NCBI RefSeq assembly: GCF_000014785.1
Contig: NC_008340.1
Span: 1,980,001-2,012,000, forward strand
DNA length: 32,000 bases
Reading direction: 5' to 3'
Origin: Alkalilimnicola ehrlichii MLHE-1
Lineage (GTDB): Bacteria > Pseudomonadota > Gammaproteobacteria > Nitrococcales > Halorhodospiraceae
Shown here in pieces: positions 24,578 to 31,220 of this stretch. The position numbers and the translations under genes were made by a program. Under the pieces are notes generated by a model that was not told where the DNA came from, searched no databases, and saw only the letters and a program-made list of their open reading frames with translations. Positions within the stretch are counted from its first letter, which is position 1. Each line of letters starts with the position of its first letter.

Positions 24578-25405
24578 TCAACCGGTCAGCACTTTCATCG
24601 ATAGGGTGCTCATCTCGCCCTGGGGCAGCGGCGGCGAGGTGGGGCTTCCGGAGACGGACGACGTGTGCACATGGGTGGCGAACAGGCTCAGGAAGCTCTG
24701 ACCCTTGATCAGCGGCTCGCCGCCGGCCCCGCCCAGCATCACCTGATTGCCATCGAGCACGATCTGCGCGCCCTTCACGGTCACGCCGCTCGGCGCCATC
24801 TCGATCTTGTTGCCATTGGCGTCCTCCACGGTGGTGCCGGTGGTGGTGAGCACCAGGGTGTTGCCGTTGGCATCCTCCACCCGAAGCTGGTTGTTCTCGG
24901 CGTCCAGCACCACGGTGGCGCCGCCGGCGTCGGTGAGCGTCAGCCCCCCTTCCGGGTTCATGTCCACGTGCGCGCCGCCGCCGTGCTCCAGGCGCACCTG
25001 TTCGGCATCGTCCCGCTCCTCGAAGACCAGCCGGTGGCCCTTGGGGGTGCGGAAGACCCGGGTGCTGGGTGCGGCATCGGACTCGCGCGCCACCTCGTCG
25101 GGCACCTCCTCGGCGTTGCGCCAGAAGGTGCCGGTCCAGATGGGGTGCTCGGTATCGCCCCCCTCGAACTCCACCCAGACCTGGGCGCCCACCTCGGGCA
25201 CCGAGAACAGCCCCTGGCCCTCCTTGCCGCCAAAGGGCAGACAGGGCAGCGCCCAGTGACTGATGCGATCCCCCCAGACGGACGGCACCCGCACCTGGAC
25301 CCGCCCGCGCCGCTGGGAGTCGGCGTTGTCCACCACCACCCCGCGGTACTTGCCGTAGCGCCGCTCCTGGGCCTGCCGGACCAGTTGCTTGATGACATCG
25401 TCCAC
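24578..25405 (-). CDS. Phage baseplate assembly protein V (gp5/gpV-like OB-fold plus beta-helix spike)
   Basis: GTG 25405 is preceded by GAGGAGGA. The OB-fold region reads YGKYRGVVVDNADSQRRGRVQVRVPSVWG...WALPCLPFGG...VPEVGAQVWVEFEGGDTEHPIWTG. A beta-helical repeat region and a C-terminal HVH (24665-24673) apex motif follow. Confidence 0.85.
   Translation of the reverse strand: MDDVIKQLVRQAQERRYGKYRGVVVDNADSQRRGRVQVRVPSVWGDRISHWALPCLPFGGKEGQGLFSVPEVGAQVWVEFEGGDTEHPIWTGTFWRNAEEVPDEVARESDAAPSTRVFRTPKGHRLVFEERDDAEQVRLEHGGGAHVDMNPEGGLTLTDAGGATVVLDAENNQLRVEDANGNTLVLTTTGTTVEDANGNKIEMAPSGVTVKGAQIVLDGNQVMLGGAGGEPLIKGQSFLSLFATHVHTSSVSGSPTSPPLPQGEMSTLSMKVLTG
24810..24880 (-). repeat. Direct repeat inside the spike beta-helix (VEDANGN x2)
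   Basis: ttgccattggcgtcctccac (24810-24829) and ttgccgttggcatcctccac (24861-24880) are 20-mers with 2 mismatches, 51 nt (17 aa) apart. They encode the repeated VEDANGN strand. Confidence 0.7.
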
Positions 25406-25453
25406 CGTCGTCCTCCTCTGTTGCGTTGCCCGTTGGGGCCCGCCGCCGCCCGT

Positions 25454-26608
25454 TCAGAGCACCCCCGCCAGCCGGGAAGCGACCGGGGCGGCGGTCTCCA
25501 CGTTGTCGCCGTAGGCGTTGCGCAGCAGTTGAAAGCGCTGGAAGTAGCCGTCGGGGCTGAAGTGATGGGCCACCCGGTCGACGTAGTAAAGCCCGCTCAG
25601 CCGCTCGCCCAGGCCGTCCACCGGCACCGGCCGGCCCGGGCGCAGCACGTGGCCGTAGAGGCTGCCGTCCAGCTCGCCGTCGGCCTGCAGGCGGTGCAGG
25701 TCGTATTCGTTGATGCGAGCCTGGGCCCGGGCCTCGAGCTGCTCGGCGGCATCGCCCCCCTCCCCGCTCAGGGTGTCTACATTGGGCTCCAGGCCGCCGC
25801 CCCGGCTGTCGGCCCGCTCCGGCCCCATGGGGGGCAGCGTGGAGAACATCTGCAGCGTGCGCGAGTCGTCATCCTCGCGCTCCGCCGGCACCTCCACCTG
25901 GAGCAGGTCCGGCAGGTGGCCGTCGGCGCTGACGTTGAGCCGCAGGCAGTTGGTGGCCTGGCCGGCGTAGACCTGGATGGTGGCCTGGGCCCCGGCGCCG
26001 TCCAGGCGGTAGGGCCCGAAGTAGACCTCGTCCGGGTAGAAGATCAGCTCGTAGTTGTTCTCCTCGGCGCGCTTGCGCAGGAACTGGATATCGGAGCTGT
26101 CCTGCGGCAGTTCCACCAGCCCCTGCTGGCCGCTCTTGCTGTCCGGGCTGAGGGCGAGGCCGTAGTGGCTGAGGATCTCCTCGATGATCACCCGGTCGCT
26201 GACCGGGGCCTCCTCGTCGCCCCAGGGCTCGCGCTGGTGGGTGCGGTCCAGGCGCAGGGACTGGTCCTGGCACTCGACCACGACCTCCGCCTCACCGGCG
26301 CTCTCCGGGAAGTCGGCGTTGACCTCGCGGATATAGCCCTTGAACAGGCGCTCCTCGTCATCGCCGAAGACGATGGCCAGGGTGATCTCCGCCCAGGGCC
26401 GCAACAGCGCGTCGTCCTGGATACCCCAGCTCCCCAGCTCATCGCGCACGGTGGCCAGGCGCAGGGTCGCGGTCCAGGCCTCCTCCCGGCTGGTGTCCAC
26501 CTCCAACTCGCGGAGGAAGGGGTAGTACTCCGGCACCTCCTGGTCGTGGAGGTAGATCCGGCACTCCGCCGGGGCCCGCTGTTCGCCGCTGAGCAGATCG
26601 AGCACCAT
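25454..26608 (-). CDS. Phage late control gene D (gpD / gp27-like hub, VgrG N-terminal-like) protein
   Basis: 384 aa. LFKGYIREV..., ...QDSSDIQFLRKRAEENNYELIFYPDEVYFGP... match the gpD/VgrG-N pattern (SD..FL.RLA...G). ATG 26608 is preceded by GAGGGAG. Confidence 0.78.
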   Translation of the reverse strand: MVLDLLSGEQRAPAECRIYLHDQEVPEYYPFLRELEVDTSREEAWTATLRLATVRDELGSWGIQDDALLRPWAEITLAIVFGDDEERLFKGYIREVNADFPESAGEAEVVVECQDQSLRLDRTHQREPWGDEEAPVSDRVIIEEILSHYGLALSPDSKSGQQGLVELPQDSSDIQFLRKRAEENNYELIFYPDEVYFGPYRLDGAGAQATIQVYAGQATNCLRLNVSADGHLPDLLQVEVPAEREDDDSRTLQMFSTLPPMGPERADSRGGGLEPNVDTLSGEGGDAAEQLEARAQARINEYDLHRLQADGELDGSLYGHVLRPGRPVPVDGLGERLSGLYYVDRVAHHFSPDGYFQRFQLLRNAYGDNVETAAPVASRLAGVL

Positions 26609-26611
26609 GGC

Positions 26612-26911
26612 CTACTCCCTCGCCCGGGGGATCAGCAGCGTCTCGCCGGCGTATTCATCCAGCAGGATCACGCCGGCGAAGAGCAGGTCCGGGTTAGCGT
26701 CGATAATCCGCCACCACAACCGGCTGTCGCGGTAGTAGTAATGGGCCAGGGCGTCCAGGCGTTCGCCCTTGGCGATGGTGTGTTCGATCACGCCGCTGGC
26801 CGGCCCGATGGCGCGTGGCCGGATCCCCGGGAAGTCGGGCTCGCCGTCGGCCCCCGCGCTGAAGCGGCGGGCGGCGCGGGGTTTATGGTAGCGGGACTGG
26901 CGCAACAGCAT
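26612..26911 (-). CDS. LysM / phage tail protein X-like protein
   Basis: 99 aa. HTIAKGERLDALAHYYYRDSRLWWRIIDANPDL is a LysM-type (gpX-like) motif. ATG 26911 overlaps the upstream TGA by 1 nt (TGATG). Confidence 0.78.
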   Translation of the reverse strand: MLLRQSRYHKPRAARRFSAGADGEPDFPGIRPRAIGPASGVIEHTIAKGERLDALAHYYYRDSRLWWRIIDANPDLLFAGVILLDEYAGETLLIPRARE

Positions 26912-27564
26912 CAGCTCATCCCTCCAGACAGATGGCCGGGGGCGGTGGCACTGTGCAGCGCCGCGCTGGCGGCCTGGCGGATCTTCTCCTCGCGGTAGAA
27001 GGGGTTGTTGCCCTCGATGACCTGCAGGCTCAGGGTCACCGTCGCCCGGTAGGGCACCAGGCTGGGCAGGTGCGCCGTCTCCTGAACGTCGATGCCCTTG
27101 AGAAAGACCGGCAGCACATGACTGCCCCAGAGGAACAGCAGCACCGAGGCGCTCTCGTCGCGCTGGAAGGCGCGCTGCCCGCCCATGCCCAGGCTGGCCA
27201 GGGTCTGCATCCCGTCCGGGCCCTGCACCTTGGGCTCGACCATGGAGCGCAGGGTGTCCAGCTCCGGCTCCACCCCGGAGGCGCTGGCCACCGGGTCGCC
27301 CTGCCCCATGCGGTCGGTCGCATCCAGGAGGATCTCCACATCGAAGCCCTCCGGCTCCACGCTCACCCCCTGGGAGACGCGGGGGGTCTCGGAGGGCGAC
27401 TGGAAGTCGTAGCCGCCCCGGGTGGCGGGGGTGTCGGCCAGGGTGATCTCCACGCTGCGGCTGCGCGATAGGGTCTCCGGGTTGAACTCGAAGACCAGGG
27501 TGAGCGGGGAGGCGCTCTGCGCGTACTCCACCAGGACGCCGCGTACATGCCGGCCCATGGTCAC
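26911..27564 (-). CDS. Contractile-injection-system tube-initiator-like protein (Afp7 N-terminal-domain-like)
   Basis: 215-217 aa. VLVEYAQSASPLTLVFEFNPETLSRSRS carries the F.FNPE motif I associate with CIS tube / tube-initiator proteins. Start is GTG 27564 (GTGA overlap) or ATG 27558. Confidence 0.62.
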   Translation of the reverse strand: MTMGRHVRGVLVEYAQSASPLTLVFEFNPETLSRSRSVEITLADTPATRGGYDFQSPSETPRVSQGVSVEPEGFDVEILLDATDRMGQGDPVASASGVEPELDTLRSMVEPKVQGPDGMQTLASLGMGGQRAFQRDESASVLLFLWGSHVLPVFLKGIDVQETAHLPSLVPYRATVTLSLQVIEGNNPFYREEKIRQAASAALHSATAPGHLSGGMS

Positions 27565-27791
27565 ACCGCCCCCGGCAGCTGCGCCCGGATGGCGCGGGCG
27601 ATGCAGTCGGCAGCCTGTCGGTCGCTGGCCCCGGCGGGCAGCGTCACCGGGCCGACCTGGAGCCGGGCCAGGTCCGCCGATCCGGCCGTGGGGGCGTCCG
27701 CCAGTGCCCGACCCAGCAGGCGTACGATATGCGGCGCGCGCCCGGCGTAGCCCTCGGGCAGTTGCAGGCGCAGGTGGTGGATATCAATCAT
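27561..27791 (-). CDS. Small hypothetical protein (76 aa), translationally coupled
   Basis: ATG 27791 lies inside the ATPase 3' end (CATGATTGA, 8-nt overlap), and its TGA overlaps the next gene's GTG. Sequence MIDIHHLRLQLPEGYAGRAPHIVRLLGRALA... No family recognised. Coding status rests on its position and the coupling. Confidence 0.5.
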   Translation of the reverse strand: MIDIHHLRLQLPEGYAGRAPHIVRLLGRALADAPTAGSADLARLQVGPVTLPAGASDRQAADCIARAIRAQLPGAV

Positions 27792-29136
27792 GCAGCACCT
27801 CCTGAGGCAGGTGGGGAGCCAGATCACCCAGCTCCCGGGGGGTTTGTTCCCGGCCGTCCTTGCCCAGCTCCCGCCAGACCGCCAGGGCGACCTCCGCCAG
27901 ACCGATGGCGCACTCCCGCCCGGCGGCCAGGTAGGCGGCGTGCAGGGCGGCATTGCGGATACCGCCGCCGGTGAGGTTGACTGAGCGGGCCAGCAGTTCC
28001 AGATCCAGGTCGGGCGCCCGCGGGGCCCGCGGCGGCAGCAACCGGCCCCACAGTGCGGCCCGCCCGGCGACGCCGGGGCGCGGGAAGGTCACCACCATCT
28101 GAAAGCGGCGGGCAAAGGCGCTGTCCATCTGCTTGCGCATGTTGGTCGTGAGGATGCAAGGGCCCCGGTGGGCCTCGATGCGCGCCAGAAGATGGCTGAC
28201 TTCCATGTTGGCGTAGCGGTCGCGGGCCTCCTTGACCTCGCCCCGCTTGGCGAACAGGGCGTCGGCCTCGTCGAACTGCAGCACCATGGGCTGGCGGTGG
28301 GCGGCGTCGAAGAGCTGGTTGAGGTTCTTCTCCGTCTCACCGATGTACTTGCTGACCAGGCGCCCCAGGTCCACCCGGTAGAGCGGCCAGCCCAGGCTGT
28401 TGGCAATGACGCTGGCGGCCAGGGTCTTGCCGGTGCCGGAGGGGCCGTTGAACAGCGCGATGGGCCCGCCCACCGATTGGCCGCCCCAGCGCTCCACCAC
28501 CGTCTCCCGGTGCTGCAGCCACATCAGATACTCGCGCAACTGGGCCCGGTGAGGGGCCGGCAGCACCAGGTCGTCCCAGCCGGCGGGGTTGTCCACCGGC
28601 ACCGCACCGGGGGGCGCCGGCGGCGCCTGGCGGACGCCGCGCAGGCGCGCACCGAGGCCGGGCTCCGGGGTGAGCGGCGCGTAGGGATCGCCGTCGCGGG
28701 CGCGCAGCAGGCCGCGACGGCGCAGCGGTGCGCCGGCGTCCAGGGCCTGCTCCAGCAGCCGGGCCTGGTGCGGGGCGAGCGCCAGCAGCTCCTGGACCAG
28801 GGCCCGCGAGGGGTAGGGCTGCGGGCTGCCCGGTTGCAGATTCTGGAACATCCAGCCCACCCGCGGCTCCATATCGGGCCCCAGGACGCAGGCCAACAGG
28901 TCCCACTCGACAGGCTCCAGGCCCAGCCCCAGGGCGCGCTCCCAGGCACCGTCCGGGGCCCGTAGCCGCTCCACCTGGTGTTGCAGCCGCTGGAGCTGCT
29001 TCAGTGCCGGCCGATCGGGGTCCTGGCCCTGACGGCTGCGCGACAGGCAGTAACCGAGGTATTGCAGCCGGTCCCACTCCGGCTGCAACTGCTCGGCGAT
29101 GGGCAGGGCCTCGTCGGCGGCGGCCGCGGCGTTCAT
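27784..29136 (-). CDS. AAA+ ATPase (Afp15/Pvc15-like eCIS assembly ATPase)
   Basis: 450 aa. Walker A GPSGTGKT (28423-28446), Walker B VLQFDEAD (28261-28284), then YIGETEKNL and ILTTNMRKQMDSAFARRF (second region of homology), preceded by an approximately 220-aa non-ATPase N-domain. ATG 29136 overlaps the DUF4255 stop (ATGA). Confidence 0.9.
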   Translation of the reverse strand: MNAAAAADEALPIAEQLQPEWDRLQYLGYCLSRSRQGQDPDRPALKQLQRLQHQVERLRAPDGAWERALGLGLEPVEWDLLACVLGPDMEPRVGWMFQNLQPGSPQPYPSRALVQELLALAPHQARLLEQALDAGAPLRRRGLLRARDGDPYAPLTPEPGLGARLRGVRQAPPAPPGAVPVDNPAGWDDLVLPAPHRAQLREYLMWLQHRETVVERWGGQSVGGPIALFNGPSGTGKTLAASVIANSLGWPLYRVDLGRLVSKYIGETEKNLNQLFDAAHRQPMVLQFDEADALFAKRGEVKEARDRYANMEVSHLLARIEAHRGPCILTTNMRKQMDSAFARRFQMVVTFPRPGVAGRAALWGRLLPPRAPRAPDLDLELLARSVNLTGGGIRNAALHAAYLAAGRECAIGLAEVALAVWRELGKDGREQTPRELGDLAPHLPQEVLHD

Positions 29137-30146
29137 GCGCCCTCCTGGTACAGGGTGATCAGCAGCGGGTTGGAGCGCCGCAGCAGCGTGCGGCCGTCGG
29201 TCGCCCGCGGGTAACTGCGCTCGGCATAGAGCAGTAGCTGGCCGGACCGGTCATCGAAGGGCAGCGCCACCGTGTGCAGGCTGGCGTCCGCCAGCCCCTC
29301 GGGGTGGATGGCCGCCTCCGTCAGGGTGACCTCGGTGCCCCCAGGGTGGGGCTGCCAGCCCTGCTGGTCGTCCCAGACCTCCCAACGCAGGGTGACCTCG
29401 GTACCGGGCTCTCCCACCACCCAGACCTGCGGGGTAAACCCTGCCAGTTCGTCACTGCCCACGGCGAAGGTGAGCGACTGCACCAGGGCCCCCTGGTGCA
29501 CCAGGCTCGCGGCCGGGGCCCAGTCCTCGCGACCGGTCTCGGGACGCATGCGGGTGACGGTGGCGCCGGCGGTGGTGGTGGTGCCACCCCCGGCCATGCC
29601 GCCCACCTCCAGGCCCAGGGTGCCGACCCGGGGCGGCTCCACGTGGCGATGTTGCGGGATCACCGGTGCCAGCGAGACCTCGAACAGCACCGACGGGCGG
29701 TAAATGGTGTCGCCCTGGGTGGCCCAGAGCTGGTTGATCTGCTCCACGCCCAGCGTCTGGAAGACCACCTGCAGGTGGAAGGGCTCACCGTCCGCCTCCA
29801 ACTGGAACACCGGCGTCTCCTGGAAGACCCGCAGCACCTCGCCGATGATGCGCAGGTCGTTCTCGCCGCTGCTCACCGCCTCCTCGGCCACCGCGAAGGG
29901 GGTGGCCAGGCAGTACATGCGCAGGTACTGGGTCTCGCCCGGCAGGGTGTCACCATCAAAGCCGGAGGGCTCGAAGCGGAAGAAGAAGAGATTGAGGTTG
30001 TGTTCGCCATCCTGCTCGGAGGTGGCCGCATCCCCCGGGCTGCCCAGGAGCACATGGACCTTGGTATCCAGACCGTCGAACTCGCCACCCAGGTATTGCG
30101 CCAGGCCCTTGCAGACCTGGGCCACGGAGGAGGCCACCAGGGCCAT
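29133..30146 (-). CDS. DUF4255 (Pvc16/Afp16 N-terminal-like) tail terminator/cap-like protein
   Basis: ATG 30146 lies 8 nt after GGAGG; the ORF-track TTG at 30152 is less likely. MALVASSVAQVCKGLAQYL...VHVLLGSPGD...HNLNLFFFRFEPS matches the DUF4255 pattern (...NL.LY.I..N). A C-terminal beta-rich extension follows. Confidence 0.78.
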   Translation of the reverse strand: MALVASSVAQVCKGLAQYLGGEFDGLDTKVHVLLGSPGDAATSEQDGEHNLNLFFFRFEPSGFDGDTLPGETQYLRMYCLATPFAVAEEAVSSGENDLRIIGEVLRVFQETPVFQLEADGEPFHLQVVFQTLGVEQINQLWATQGDTIYRPSVLFEVSLAPVIPQHRHVEPPRVGTLGLEVGGMAGGGTTTTAGATVTRMRPETGREDWAPAASLVHQGALVQSLTFAVGSDELAGFTPQVWVVGEPGTEVTLRWEVWDDQQGWQPHPGGTEVTLTEAAIHPEGLADASLHTVALPFDDRSGQLLLYAERSYPRATDGRTLLRRSNPLLITLYQEGA

Positions 30147-30148
30147 CG

Positions 30149-31201
30149 TCAAAACCTCCGCAGGTAGTTACGGGAGAGTGCGGCGCGATCCGATGTCGAT
30201 GGGCGGCGCCCCTTCCGGGCCGGGGGGTCGGCGTTGACCACCACCACCTCGACCTGGCCGATGCGGACCTGTGGGGTTGACCGGGCCGCATGCGTCGACT
30301 CCGGGCCGGGCTCCGGCGCGGGGCCGGCGTGGAAGGCGGCGCCGTCGCCGGAGGGGTCGCCGGACGGCTCCGCCCGGGTGACCGCCTCGACGGGCTCGGG
30401 TGCTGCCGCCGGCTCGGGCCGGTCCGCAGTGGCGGTGAACCCGCCCGTCGAGGGCGCCCCGACAGGGGCCGGGCCGGACGCCGGAAACCCCTCAGTGGCC
30501 GGGGCCTCCGGCGGGTCGGTCCGGTCGACCCCGCTCGGCGGAGCACCGGTGCCCCGCCGGGGGCGGGTATAGGGTTCAGAAGGGGTGTCGGCTCCCGGAT
30601 TCCCTCTCGTTGACCGCTTGCTCACACTGGCGTTTGAGTCAGCTGTCTCCAGTCGTCTTGCGGTTGAAGGACTTTCCTTTTCATTGCCGGTTTCCGTGAC
30701 TTCAGCCTTCACGCTCAGTCTTTCCTTTTCCAAAGTCGTCGAAGCACTGTGTACGTCTACGGACCGTGCGTTGTCGTCAACCGTTGCAGACCGATCAACA
30801 GATCCTCTTTCACCTGCGATCCCATTGCGGTCACGCACGGCAGTCGCCGGTTTGTTCATCGACCCAGTCTTTCCATTTACCGTAGTTCGACGTTCAACAT
30901 ACTGCTCCCCGGCGACGGGGGGCCCGGCCTCTGCCCTGTGACGGGCGCCGGGCAAAGGGAGAGCGGTATTGCCGGAGGGTGCTCTCCCGGCCGGCTTACC
31001 GCGCTCCGACACCTGGGGAGGTCGCCCCTCCCCGGCCTTCTGAAACCGGTACACGGTTGCTGCACCGTCCTCGTCCTCCTCCGGCGGTGGGGCCGGACTC
31101 TCGTCCGGCTCCGCCTCCCCGGCGGGGCTGCGCCAGAGGGTGGTCCCCCCCGGGCGAAGGGGACGGCGCGCGTCCCGCAGAACATCGTGTAAAAAGCGCA
31201 T
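30149..31201 (-). CDS. Pro/Ala-rich low-complexity protein; candidate tape-measure/length-determining protein
   Basis: ATG 31201 is preceded by AGGAGG. 350 aa, mostly low-complexity, with a charge- and Ser/Thr-rich core and a conserved-looking C-terminus (VRIGQVEVVVVNADPP...). The tape-measure assignment comes from position only. Confidence 0.5.
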   Translation of the reverse strand: MRFLHDVLRDARRPLRPGGTTLWRSPAGEAEPDESPAPPPEEDEDGAATVYRFQKAGEGRPPQVSERGKPAGRAPSGNTALPLPGARHRAEAGPPVAGEQYVERRTTVNGKTGSMNKPATAVRDRNGIAGERGSVDRSATVDDNARSVDVHSASTTLEKERLSVKAEVTETGNEKESPSTARRLETADSNASVSKRSTRGNPGADTPSEPYTRPRRGTGAPPSGVDRTDPPEAPATEGFPASGPAPVGAPSTGGFTATADRPEPAAAPEPVEAVTRAEPSGDPSGDGAAFHAGPAPEPGPESTHAARSTPQVRIGQVEVVVVNADPPARKGRRPSTSDRAALSRNYLRRF

Positions 31202-31220
31202 GCGGCCTCCTTGCGATGGC

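Noticed and set aside
20041-26608. Interpreting the cluster as a type VI secretion system (VgrG/TssE/TssF/TssG homologs).
   Set aside because: The hub and spike are split P2-style. A LysM/gpX and a gpI-like protein are present. The ATPase has a single AAA module with a non-ClpV N-domain. No TssJ/K/L/M/A-like genes were seen.
30585-30941. The plus-strand 118-aa ORF inside the low-GC patch as a separate antisense gene.
   Set aside because: It has no SD or start context and a Ser/Leu/Val-rich sequence without motifs. The minus-strand frame is continuous with a well-initiated (AGGAGG-ATG), operon-coupled gene.
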